This document shows positions 10,149 to 19,907 of a stretch of 64,000 nucleotides of DNA, in pieces. Made by a program: the position numbers and the translations under genes. The DNA is from Pseudomonadota bacterium. GTDB taxonomy: Bacteria > Bdellovibrionota_B > Oligoflexia > Silvanigrellales > Silvanigrellaceae. The stretch spans positions 1 through 64,000 of the forward strand of contig JBDLRP010000039.1 in the NCBI GenBank assembly GCA_039799905.1, given 5' to 3'. Each line of letters opens with the position of its first letter. Position 1 is the first letter of the stretch. The notes below the pieces were generated by a model. The model was not told where the DNA came from. It ran no database searches and saw only the letters and a program-made list of their open reading frames with translations.

Positions 10149-11924
10149 TCAAGGTTTTTCATTGAAAAAACGCTTATCCAAAAGGCACTTCTCGACCAAT
10201 TGATGCATTCTCTCGAATTCTTGCATTGCCTGTGCAGGTGAAAGGATAAATGGGTCACGAACATCATCGCAAGCCAGCGGGTCAGCGAGTTCGCTGAGAA
10301 GCCGCACTTTCTTCAGCACCGTAAAACCGTGTCCGAAAAGCAATCGCCAGATATGCTGCTTTTCCATCGCAACGACAAGCTCAGTAGATTCAATATCAAA
10401 AGCACTGAGGCTCTTGGCGCAATGTTCCTCGGGTTTGAGTGCGTATGAGTCAAACAGAGCGTTGAATCGCTCGGGAATATTCGCTTCATGGACGTCGAGT
10501 CCTCTCGACACGACTTTTACCTTTGCTGACAATCTTCGCGCCAACAACTTTTCTACAAAGGGGCTTCGGCAGCGATTCCCGCTGCAGACAATCAGTATGT
10601 GTCTCACGTCTTCGAATTTGTCGCGGCCTCTTAAAATAAGGACAAATTTGTAAGCAAGACTTCCTGCTTTGGCCAGCAGTCGCCGTCTGGATGCCGCACA
10701 CAACCTGCGCAGCAGTACTCGCCATTGAACCAAACAGGGCAAGGGGTCGTCCCATCGGAAAAAGTCATAACGGGTCTTGATGTTAAAAATGGTGCCGAGG
10801 ACAGACAAAACCATCCGCGCAGTTGTGGCGAGCGAAACCTCCCTGCCGATCAGGGATTGAATGACTGAAGTTAAAAACTGAAATTCGCCCGGGTAGATTG
10901 ACGTTGTCGTTAACTGCAAATCCCGATGATGTGGCCTGCGCTTTAATGAGTGGGTTTGGAGATTCTCAGATGGTGTAACGCTCACCTCGACCCACCGGCT
11001 GATAAAAGGCAATTGAGCATTGAGGGCCAACGAAAGCGAGCCCCATGGTCGTGCGTTGATCTCAACCAGAATCGGCCGGTGTAAATCACCCCTCACAAAT
11101 CTCCTGAACTCAAGCATCGCAATACCATCGTGGCACAATCCAGAGAAAAACTTTTCTGCATGGGCAATGAGTTCGGGATCATAGCCCAGCTGTCGCCGCG
11201 CACTCACTCCGCCCGTCCACGGGATTTCCGCAAGGCGCTCGTGTGTGTGCGAAACCTCAATCTTGCCTTCCCTCATCAACACGAACGCACCGCATCCCGT
11301 TCCAGCCAACCACTTTTGAATCAAAAAATGTTGACCGGTACCCTTCAATTCTAATGCAATGGCCATCAACTCTTCGTGCCGACGGGCAGTCCACGTCTGT
11401 CCTTTTGCGTAAGAACCGTCGCTCAGCCAGCGATTGTCGGTCCGGACAATGCAGGGAAAAACAATCTCATTAAAATCAGGCAAAGGGTCGCCCGGAGCCA
11501 CAACAAAACCCTCGGCAGTGGGAATATTCAAGCCCTGTGCCCTGCGAAAGGTCTCGATTTTGCTCATCGCAATCTGCAGGACGTCTTTCCGTGGGCGCAT
11601 CAGGCATAGATTTGAAGAAACGCGCTCGTCCCAGCGGAGAGTCGCTGCAATAGTCGCCTCGCTGACGGGAAGAATGCAATTTGCATCAACAGCTTCGGCA
11701 AATGCGAGAAGTTGCTCGAATGCCGCCCGAGGTTCTTTCCAAGGGCAAGATGACTTTCGATACTCAACTGTCCAGCGACTGCCCTTTGCAGGAGCATCGA
11801 AGGAGCGACCGAGTGCGAAGACGGTGTGACCATTCATCCCAAGTTCACGAATGCATGCCAGAGCAGCGCTGGTGTCTGCATCCGTTACAATAATCCGCCT
11901 GCTGCTTTTCCTTGAGCTCACCAT
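10149..11924 (-). CDS. ATP-grasp ligase fused to a low-molecular-weight protein-tyrosine phosphatase (Wzb-like)
   Basis: N-terminal ATP-grasp (MLEFR...EINARPWGS). C-terminal P-loop VCSGNRCRSP and DVRDP. Confidence 0.82.
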   Translation of the reverse strand: MVSSRKSSRRIIVTDADTSAALACIRELGMNGHTVFALGRSFDAPAKGSRWTVEYRKSSCPWKEPRAAFEQLLAFAEAVDANCILPVSEATIAATLRWDERVSSNLCLMRPRKDVLQIAMSKIETFRRAQGLNIPTAEGFVVAPGDPLPDFNEIVFPCIVRTDNRWLSDGSYAKGQTWTARRHEELMAIALELKGTGQHFLIQKWLAGTGCGAFVLMREGKIEVSHTHERLAEIPWTGGVSARRQLGYDPELIAHAEKFFSGLCHDGIAMLEFRRFVRGDLHRPILVEINARPWGSLSLALNAQLPFISRWVEVSVTPSENLQTHSLKRRPHHRDLQLTTTSIYPGEFQFLTSVIQSLIGREVSLATTARMVLSVLGTIFNIKTRYDFFRWDDPLPCLVQWRVLLRRLCAASRRRLLAKAGSLAYKFVLILRGRDKFEDVRHILIVCSGNRCRSPFVEKLLARRLSAKVKVVSRGLDVHEANIPERFNALFDSYALKPEEHCAKSLSAFDIESTELVVAMEKQHIWRLLFGHGFTVLKKVRLLSELADPLACDDVRDPFILSPAQAMQEFERMHQLVEKCLLDKRFFNEKP

Positions 11925-12856
11925 AAATAGCTGCTCATCTTCCAATATTTGGAGTTCAGTATTGAAACCACGCTGGTCGTTTTACCAACGCAGAAACGGC
12001 GCACTGCGAAGGGATCCCGCAAATCACGATGCCAACCCGATATCGTTGAAAACGCGGCTGTAACTTTATGCTCTCTTAAAATTCTCTTACAGGTATCCGA
12101 AAAATCGGAGCGTCTTCCATTCGGATAGGCATAAAGACAACGTGATTCTCCGCAAATGTTTCGAATCGACCTGACACTGTCGGCAATTTCAATCTCAAGG
12201 TCTGCGAGACTCAGTTTGGTATGAATGGCATGGCTTGCTGAATGGGCGCCAAAACTGAAAATCCCGCTTTCAAGGGCAGATGTGCATTGTTCAGCGGTGA
12301 TCGTTTCATAATCCTGCACTTCGTCACATCCGCCAACATCGAGGACTTCCGAGAGATCACTGAGTAGTGATTTAATTGCCTGTGGATGAAGCTCTTTCAG
12401 GACAGACTGGATGATGTGATTGGCTCTGCCTTTTTCAGCTGCAGTGCGAATCGACAGTGTGTGCCCAAAGAGCTGAATTTCAGATTTTTGAGACTTTCGC
12501 AAAAAGCGGATGACATCGGTAAACCAAGGTGCCCGGCCGCGCCGCATGAGATCCGTCGCGACAAAAACGGTTGCCTGCATCGAACGCTCACGCAGGAGTG
12601 GCTCGGCTTGACTGATTGTCTGCGAAAAACCGTCATCAAACGTCAGAGCCACTGACGGCGCAGAAAGTGTTCCCTCGCTGAGTCTGGCGACCGCATCTGA
12701 CAACTTAAGCACTGACCATCCGGAACGGACGACATCATCAAGGTCTCTAGAGAATTTCTCGATGGGCAGAAAGCAGAAATCCTGCAGATGCTCAGAATCA
12801 TCGGTACACAGTCCATGATAGCAGAGAATCACAAGAGGGTTTCTATGCATTTTCAT
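11918..12856 (-). CDS. Polysaccharide deacetylase (NodB/CE4)
   Basis: LCYHG, LTFDDG, GAHSASH and YAYPNG motifs. AAGGAG RBS before ATG 12856. Confidence 0.9.
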   Translation of the reverse strand: MKMHRNPLVILCYHGLCTDDSEHLQDFCFLPIEKFSRDLDDVVRSGWSVLKLSDAVARLSEGTLSAPSVALTFDDGFSQTISQAEPLLRERSMQATVFVATDLMRRGRAPWFTDVIRFLRKSQKSEIQLFGHTLSIRTAAEKGRANHIIQSVLKELHPQAIKSLLSDLSEVLDVGGCDEVQDYETITAEQCTSALESGIFSFGAHSASHAIHTKLSLADLEIEIADSVRSIRNICGESRCLYAYPNGRRSDFSDTCKRILREHKVTAAFSTISGWHRDLRDPFAVRRFCVGKTTSVVSILNSKYWKMSSYLW

Positions 12857-15131
12857 TTTTATGCTCCTTGCCTTTGACATAGTCGACGCGTTCATCAGCA
12901 ATCAGTTGCGGAAGAAATGAGAAAGCCACGAGAGCAGCAAAAATCAGTGCGAGAAGCGGGCTCAGCTTGAAAGACTCGGAAATCGCCTTTGCAAACACCA
13001 AAGTAAAAATGAACATGATTGATCTAAGGAGACGCACCTGACGCGGAATGACTTGCCAGATGTTCACTCCCATGTTGCGCAGGTCGGAGAGAAGGAAAAT
13101 CGCTCTGATAAAAAAATTTGCAGTCATCGAGAGAGCAAGGGCCTCAGCTGCACCAATCAGAGGATAGCCGACCATAATGACAATGATTGTTGATGCTGCA
13201 GAAAATCCTGAAAACAGAAAAATGCGTGCCGATCGTCCTGCAGCGCGTGAAACAATGTCGGCGGGAATACAAGACAAAAGGTTCGCCAATGAGAACAATT
13301 GAAAGAAGGTCGTCGAATCCTGATAGCGGCCAGAGAATATGACCGAGAGAATGTCCGAAGCAAAGAGAAAAAGCCCGGCTGAATACGGAAGGGAAAAACT
13401 GATTATTTTTTCAATAATCGATCTGATTGTTTGGGCGCATTCGTCCGCGTCCCGTAGCTTGATCTGCACGGCCAGCTGCGGCAGAGCCTTCTGAACGAGA
13501 GCCTGTTCGAGAAATGTCACGACAGGCAGGGAAATTGAGCCAGCCGCGACAGTCGCAAAATGTTCCGCACTCATCACGCGCGATAGATAGATTCGGTCAA
13601 AAACTGCCGAGACCGAAGTGAGGGCCGCTGCAAGCCCAATCGGCAACGACTCGCGAAGAATGCCGATCAGTGTCCTCAATTGAACCTTCTGAATTTTAAA
13701 GGAGGCAATTCTCCGGGCTGCGAAATTCAAAAAGAAAACTCTGACCGCGAGAAACGCTGGGATCAGCCAAAAAACAGCAGCCAATGAATGTCCGTGAAAA
13801 ACCAGCGCCATCATGAATGCGCTGCGGAGGATTTCGAGTGCAGCAAGCGCACATGAAGTTAAAAGTCCGCGCCCCGCAAAACAAAGACGCTGTTCGAGAA
13901 AAACGCTCGGAAGCAAAAAGGCCGACGATACAGCAAGACATTGCCACATCAGCTGTGGGTAAGTATCTGATGAATAAAAGGAGAAGGCTAAAACGGTTAC
14001 GGCAACTAGAACACCGCCAAAGCATTGCAGTGTCCAAGCAGCAGAAATCTTTTTCTCACCTCCGGCTTGAGAATTCCAAAACGGAATCATGCTCCATAGT
14101 CCCGAGGTGAGGCTTAGGGCGGAAACAGACGACAGATAAACTGAGAACGTTCTATATGAGGCGAAATCTGCACGAAGGTACTCATGAGCAATTACGACCG
14201 GCACGACGATGTTGAGCAGAGAGGTCAGCGTTTGAACGACACCTTGCACATGCGGATGCCCTTCAAACCGCCGAATGAGCCTGAGCGTTAAACCGACAAT
14301 CAGATCTCCCACCATCCAAAGAACAGAAGACAACCAGACAGGGAAAAACAATGGCTGTCTGTGGGCTATTTTGAGCCCCTCGGCGGACATCACGCGGAGA
14401 CCGGATTTTCTCAGCTCTTGCGAGTGGGAATCAGATGCCAATGACTCCGTCTGCCCCTGTCTCCACCGGTAGAGGGGCGTCATGACCAGCGTTGCCGGAG
14501 CGATACGCACGATTCTCAGAAGGAAATCCATGTCCTCGCACCGCCACAGCCTTTCATTGAAACCGCCAGCCTCCAGCCAGAGGGAGCGTTGAATGACAAG
14601 TCCTGAGGGCTGCATCCAGTTTCCAAAGAGTGCCTGAAATTGCGCATGGCCATGCCAAATGTTTGAATTAGATTTCTGCGGGAACAGCAAAGAAAAGAGT
14701 TTTTCAGACGAGCGAAATGCGGGAAACGCACCGACAAAACCCTGCCGACCCGCTTTCGCCTTGAGTGTTTTGTCGGTCAGTTCAAAGTTGAAAATGACAA
14801 ATCGACAATCAGGTGTCTGCTGAATCACCTGTGTCGCTTCTTGAATGTAATTTTCATGCCAAACGTCGTCAGAATCCAAAAATGCGATCCATTCGTGATC
14901 CGCTTTTCCTGCGCCAAGGTTTCGCGCTGCCGAGGGTCCTTGCCTGTGACTGATACAAAGCTTGATGTCGTCTTGCTGCCCGCACCATGCCAACGTTTCA
15001 TCGGTTGAACCGTCGTCGACAACAATGATTTGCGAAACCGTCCGCGTTTGTCGGCGAACTGAGATGATCGCCTCTTGCAAAAGCTGCAACCGATTGAAGG
15101 TTGGTATGACCACTGCAATGGATGGACTCAT
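12843..15131 (-). CDS. GT2 glycosyltransferase fused to a Wzx-like flippase
   Basis: N-terminal VVIPTFNR, VDDGSTD, ARNLG, FLDSDD and ED motifs. C-terminal ~450 aa of 12-14 TM MOP-like segments. ATGA overlap at start. Confidence 0.8.
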   Translation of the reverse strand: MSPSIAVVIPTFNRLQLLQEAIISVRRQTRTVSQIIVVDDGSTDETLAWCGQQDDIKLCISHRQGPSAARNLGAGKADHEWIAFLDSDDVWHENYIQEATQVIQQTPDCRFVIFNFELTDKTLKAKAGRQGFVGAFPAFRSSEKLFSLLFPQKSNSNIWHGHAQFQALFGNWMQPSGLVIQRSLWLEAGGFNERLWRCEDMDFLLRIVRIAPATLVMTPLYRWRQGQTESLASDSHSQELRKSGLRVMSAEGLKIAHRQPLFFPVWLSSVLWMVGDLIVGLTLRLIRRFEGHPHVQGVVQTLTSLLNIVVPVVIAHEYLRADFASYRTFSVYLSSVSALSLTSGLWSMIPFWNSQAGGEKKISAAWTLQCFGGVLVAVTVLAFSFYSSDTYPQLMWQCLAVSSAFLLPSVFLEQRLCFAGRGLLTSCALAALEILRSAFMMALVFHGHSLAAVFWLIPAFLAVRVFFLNFAARRIASFKIQKVQLRTLIGILRESLPIGLAAALTSVSAVFDRIYLSRVMSAEHFATVAAGSISLPVVTFLEQALVQKALPQLAVQIKLRDADECAQTIRSIIEKIISFSLPYSAGLFLFASDILSVIFSGRYQDSTTFFQLFSLANLLSCIPADIVSRAAGRSARIFLFSGFSAASTIIVIMVGYPLIGAAEALALSMTANFFIRAIFLLSDLRNMGVNIWQVIPRQVRLLRSIMFIFTLVFAKAISESFKLSPLLALIFAALVAFSFLPQLIADERVDYVKGKEHKNENA

Positions 15132-17974
15132 GGATTGCCCTGTGGAGTGCTGGCATCTCGCGACGTTGGAAAGAGGCATTCAACGAGCTGATCGCGTGCC
15201 TGATCATATTGGCGGGAATTTCGGCTCCAGCGAAAGGCCGTCTCTGCCAATGGCATTTCGGCTCTGAGGCGACCGAAGCATTCAGGCGCGTTCATCTTCG
15301 CATATGCAATGTATTCGGCATCGAACGAGGCTTGCCGCCATAGTTTCATGCGCAGCGACGGCAACGGAGTTTCTTCTTTCAGTGCGAACTTTCCTTCGCG
15401 CGCAGGATAAAACAAAGTTCCGTCGCCGTTACCGGTGAAGTCCCAAAGAGATTGCCAGGGATCGACTGCCGGAGATTTTCTCCAGCTGTTGTTCACACTG
15501 TAATAAAGAACTCTCTGCAGATTATAGATCTCAGATATCCAAGGCCAAACACGAATATACGACGCGTTTCGCTCAATGACGAAGTCGGGTTCGCCGCTCG
15601 AAAATTCGGAACCGCAACCATGACTCATGCAGCTGACGTAGGCCCACAGCTGATGTTCCGGCGTCAGTGACGGGGGGCCCTCCCGTTCAAGTGTCTGCAG
15701 CAGCGGAGCGAAGATTCGAATGGAATCGAGCAAACTTTGCCAAGGATAGATTGTCACAAGCGCCGATACCTGTGGTGCCCCCTGTCGCAGGCTTTCGGTC
15801 ATTTTTCTCAGCTTATGGAACTCCTCCTGCTGGGGTTCATCCCACAGATAAACAAATGGCCGTCGCGACATGCGCTCCTGAAACTCCGCCTCATGAGGAT
15901 CGGCTGAGCGGACGTCAAGAAACTCCTGCCAGCGCATCCAGTACTTCAACCGCTCCTGTTCATCGGAGTGGTCGATGCGCGGGATATCAATTTCCGACCA
16001 CCAAGGAAGTTCACTGACGACCGTATTCAGATAAGACAATTGGGGCGAAGGATCGCGAGAAAGAAGAAAGTCTTGGTTGAGTTGCTCTTCTTCTTTCTTA
16101 AATGGATGCTTTATCCATGCTTTGAGCGGAAGAATCCGATGTGCGACCATTTCTTTGATGTATTTTTGTGTCAGCGCACCTTCACGAGAATCTGAACGGC
16201 CGAAATGTGCGAGCGATGCAAAATACGGAGTAAACTCGGCTGCAAGCGGCAAGGCCCACGGCTCACTCAGGGTGAAGGGCAGGATTCTCAGCGTCATGCT
16301 CCATCTGCGCACAGGCTCTGCACCGTGGTTGAGCTGTTGTCGGGGATGCATTGTGCTCTCAAAGTAGAGTGAAAGATCTTCAGGAAAAGCGTTCTCCGCA
16401 ACCGTCAGGTCGGCAAACAACCACTGTGCGTCGGCAAATTCAGGATTCGCACAGTCGAGAGAGTCTCGCAGCGGGACGAGCGCATCCACATAAGATCCCG
16501 TGCGTGCTCCCTCAAACGATGGGTTCTTCAGGTTGACTGTGCGACCCAAATACCATTGCACATCGACAAGTGAATCATCGGGAGCGCCGTGAAGGGTAGG
16601 AAGCGTGCCGCAAAAATCTTTATTTTCGAAAATGATCAGCCGCTTTTCTCCGGCGGCAAGGGAAATCACAAGATGCCCCTTAAAATCATCACTCACCAGA
16701 TATTCGGGCTTTTCCAAAGTTGAAGTGAGGCGCTGAACGCTCAGCGCAGACGAGGACGACGACAGGGCAAAATTGATGATTAAGGCGAGAAGATGAATCC
16801 ACGACCGATGTACAATTTTCACAGCCCGTGAATAGATATTCCTGTAATCTTGTGCCATTTTTTCGCTGCTGTGACGTATTCGGAACCTTTCTCGGCTCTC
16901 CCACGTCGAAGGTCGATTGCCCGAACTAGCCGCGGACTCTTCAAGAAACTTGATGAAAATTTGAACATCGATGGAATTTGATTCTCTCGGCGCAAAATGC
17001 ACATACGACCTGACAGACTGATGCCCATCAATATCTGTTAGAAGAGCCGGCAGACCAGCACCAATCGCCTCACAGACAGCGAGCGGCATGCCTTCTTCCT
17101 CTGACAGGGAAACAAATGCGTCGGAGGCAAACAACCAGTCCGAAGGATGATCGGTTGGTCCGACCAAGAGGACAGACTCCGCAAAATATGGACTATTCTG
17201 AAGAATGGGCAGGATACAATCGCGCATAAATCTTGGGTCGACGGGCCCGACAATCACAAGCTTCCATTGTTGTCTCACTGAATCTGGCAATTGCACCCAC
17301 GTTCTCAGTAAGCGCTCGTGGCCCTTCCCTGCAACAACGCGACCCAGCGACAGAAGCCAGCTTTTTTCGAAGTCACCGGCCTTAAAAGACAACATGCTCG
17401 CACCGTGACGCGCCATGAGCCGTGCACGTGCCTCAGACGGAGTAGCAAAGGCTTTTGCAAATTCGACTCCGTTGGCAACGACAAGAAGTTTGTCTTGGGG
17501 GATTCCGAGTTTTCTATATTGATGAGCAATCGATGGTGAAACTGTACAAATCGCTTTTGCTGCCGAGCAGAAGAGCTTTTCATAGAGGGAGTAGCGGCGG
17601 AGTCCTTTACGGAAGTGAACGAAGCTGTGCTGTGTATGAACGACTTTTACGCGCATAAAGCAGCACAGGGCGACGGCGACTCCATAGATAAGCGCGCCCA
17701 GATCGTGTGTATGGATAATGCGTATTTTCTCAGCGAGGATGATCTTTCGCAATGCAAGAACTGTCTTTGTGCAAAAACCGCGACCCTTTTGCAGAGCCGT
17801 GAATGAGACACCCGAATTTTCAAGTCGCCTGATGAGTTCCGGACTCAAGCCAGACCGCTCGTAGGCGGCAACCTGACAATCCACATCGACTGCCCTAAGT
17901 TCTTGAGCGAGCGTCACGACCATCCGCTCCAGCCCGCCCAAGGCTAAATATTGGGTGAGGATGAGAATCTTCAT
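15128..17974 (-). CDS. GT4 glycosyltransferase fused via a hydrophobic segment to a DUF4091/GH123-like glycoside hydrolase domain
   Basis: N-terminal GGLERM and EGMPLAVCEA motifs. C-terminal YLWDEP and GDGTLFYP...PSLRMKLWRQASFDAEY motifs. Confidence 0.72.
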   Translation of the reverse strand: MKILILTQYLALGGLERMVVTLAQELRAVDVDCQVAAYERSGLSPELIRRLENSGVSFTALQKGRGFCTKTVLALRKIILAEKIRIIHTHDLGALIYGVAVALCCFMRVKVVHTQHSFVHFRKGLRRYSLYEKLFCSAAKAICTVSPSIAHQYRKLGIPQDKLLVVANGVEFAKAFATPSEARARLMARHGASMLSFKAGDFEKSWLLSLGRVVAGKGHERLLRTWVQLPDSVRQQWKLVIVGPVDPRFMRDCILPILQNSPYFAESVLLVGPTDHPSDWLFASDAFVSLSEEEGMPLAVCEAIGAGLPALLTDIDGHQSVRSYVHFAPRESNSIDVQIFIKFLEESAASSGNRPSTWESRERFRIRHSSEKMAQDYRNIYSRAVKIVHRSWIHLLALIINFALSSSSSALSVQRLTSTLEKPEYLVSDDFKGHLVISLAAGEKRLIIFENKDFCGTLPTLHGAPDDSLVDVQWYLGRTVNLKNPSFEGARTGSYVDALVPLRDSLDCANPEFADAQWLFADLTVAENAFPEDLSLYFESTMHPRQQLNHGAEPVRRWSMTLRILPFTLSEPWALPLAAEFTPYFASLAHFGRSDSREGALTQKYIKEMVAHRILPLKAWIKHPFKKEEEQLNQDFLLSRDPSPQLSYLNTVVSELPWWSEIDIPRIDHSDEQERLKYWMRWQEFLDVRSADPHEAEFQERMSRRPFVYLWDEPQQEEFHKLRKMTESLRQGAPQVSALVTIYPWQSLLDSIRIFAPLLQTLEREGPPSLTPEHQLWAYVSCMSHGCGSEFSSGEPDFVIERNASYIRVWPWISEIYNLQRVLYYSVNNSWRKSPAVDPWQSLWDFTGNGDGTLFYPAREGKFALKEETPLPSLRMKLWRQASFDAEYIAYAKMNAPECFGRLRAEMPLAETAFRWSRNSRQYDQARDQLVECLFPTSRDASTPQGNP

Positions 17975-18720
17975 GTCACGACACCATCCTCTGGAATGAC
18001 TCGCACCACACGAGCAGGATTCCCTGCAAGAACACTGCGTGGCGGGTATTCACCGGCGAGCACAGTGCTTCCACTGGCGATCGTTGAACCTGAACCGATG
18101 CGTGCACCCTTCAGGATGGTCGTGTTGGCGCCAATCCAAACATCGTCGCCAATCAAGACAGGTGCACATGCCGGTGTCCAACGCGCCAGCAGAGTCTCAT
18201 CAGACTCAATTCTCTCGGAGCCAAAACGCGGATAGAACCTTCGGCACATCCGCTTGACCTGTTCTGCACGAACGATTGGATCTAAGGGATGAGAGTCATG
18301 GTCTTGAATGAACACATTCCAGCTCGTCAGACACCTTCTGCCAATCGACACACGCAACCGCGAGGAAATGCGACAGTCGCCGATGATGCTGCAATCACCG
18401 ACGTGAATTTCTCCTTCTCCAAGGGCCTCAAGACGCGCGTTCTCAAATACAATGCTGTGATCACCCAAAAAAATCCGCGCGCGTGCACCAGTCGTAGACA
18501 ATGCGCGAATGCGCTGAATCCTCACATTTTTTCCGCATCTCACAGACCCCCGATGAAGACCCGACACCTGCAGAACAAAATGTGTCAGCGAAAACATCGC
18601 AAAATTCCGGACCATTGAAGGTACTCTGAACAGATGCTCACGGAAGGCAATCTTTACCAGACGCGAAAATCGCTCACCGTCGGAACGACGATACTGGTTT
18701 GATGTATGATTCAGCTCCAT
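17971..18720 (-). CDS. Hexapeptide-repeat (left-handed beta-helix) acetyltransferase
   Basis: IGDDVWIGAN.TILKG..IG and LAGNPARVV motifs. Confidence 0.9.
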   Translation of the reverse strand: MELNHTSNQYRRSDGERFSRLVKIAFREHLFRVPSMVRNFAMFSLTHFVLQVSGLHRGSVRCGKNVRIQRIRALSTTGARARIFLGDHSIVFENARLEALGEGEIHVGDCSIIGDCRISSRLRVSIGRRCLTSWNVFIQDHDSHPLDPIVRAEQVKRMCRRFYPRFGSERIESDETLLARWTPACAPVLIGDDVWIGANTTILKGARIGSGSTIASGSTVLAGEYPPRSVLAGNPARVVRVIPEDGVVT

Positions 18721-19835
18721 TTGAAATCATCCTCAAGCTGACTTTTCCTGCCCGAAATTGTGAGCAGTGCATGCATTGAAGCCCTGAATGCCGGATTTTT
18801 GATGATTGCCAGCGCGATCGAAAGTGCGAAGAAAAATATGACGACAGGCCAAAGTATGCGACCGCGCACAATTGCGTGCTCAAAAGCTGCACTGAAGAGC
18901 GCTAAAATAAACAGAGTCACCGGAAGCGCCCAAATCAGTCGAAAGACTCGCCGCAACGAGACGACAAGAACGTGGGGAGACAACCGATGTGCGACTGGCG
19001 TCAGGAAGCGAATCCACTGCAGATTTCCCTGCACCATCCGCATGCGTGCGTTGGCCTCTTGGCTCTTTTGCCGCGGCGATGAATCAGTCACGACAAAGCC
19101 GCCCGCGTCGTTTGCTGCGTAAAGAATCTTCTGCAACGGGAACAAAACTCTCAACATTAGTGGCAGAGCAACATCATCGTTCAGCCAATTGCGCCCAGAG
19201 AGTGCTTTAAGAACAGCGACCAGTGACTCTCTTCTGTAAAAAACTGTCGCCCCATGAACAGAGACTGGACCACCCGATTTGTTTTCGATGGTTTTGAGAA
19301 ACGCCTCAAGAAGCCAGAGGCTCCGGCTGACGCGTCCTGCAGTTCCAACCCTGTATCCGGGGGCGAAGCAGGATAAGTTTTCAAGACACAGATAGGGTAG
19401 CGCATTTCTCAAGATTCGCTTGTCCCATATCGCTCCGGCATCGACAAATGCGACCCAGTCGGCACTCGAACAATGAACCAGTTCCTGCAAAACCCGCCAC
19501 TTACTACTGTAGGAAAAGCTGCGGATAGCGACCGCATAGCCGTCGGCATCGGAGACGGTGTCGTCTGTGCAGCTGTCCAAACCGACGAAAACGTTGACAC
19601 TCAGCTTCTGAAATATTTTTCGCGCTTCATCTTTTGCGCATTGAATGGACGCAAGAGTCTCCCTCAGACGATTCTTCTCGTTATGACAAGGAATGAGGAC
19701 ATCAAAAGAATTAACCTCAGTGAGCTGCTCCTCATCTTTTTCTTTGTTGCGAAAAAAATAGAAGGAAAAAAAAGGAAAAAACGGACAGGCGAGGATACCT
19801 AGAACTATGCTGATGAGTAGCAGAATCCACCACAT
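18711..19835 (-). CDS. Membrane glycosyltransferase family 2
   Basis: LIPCHNE, DSCTD, FVDAG, NDD and R.RMVQGN motifs, with N- and C-terminal TM helices. AGGAG RBS. Confidence 0.85.
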   Translation of the reverse strand: MWWILLLISIVLGILACPFFPFFSFYFFRNKEKDEEQLTEVNSFDVLIPCHNEKNRLRETLASIQCAKDEARKIFQKLSVNVFVGLDSCTDDTVSDADGYAVAIRSFSYSSKWRVLQELVHCSSADWVAFVDAGAIWDKRILRNALPYLCLENLSCFAPGYRVGTAGRVSRSLWLLEAFLKTIENKSGGPVSVHGATVFYRRESLVAVLKALSGRNWLNDDVALPLMLRVLFPLQKILYAANDAGGFVVTDSSPRQKSQEANARMRMVQGNLQWIRFLTPVAHRLSPHVLVVSLRRVFRLIWALPVTLFILALFSAAFEHAIVRGRILWPVVIFFFALSIALAIIKNPAFRASMHALLTISGRKSQLEDDFKWS

Positions 19836-19907
19836 GACATACTCCTGTTCCCGAGAATACAAGTTAATCTCGTCACCGGTGCCACACTTCGGATGCGAAA
19901 AGCTGAG

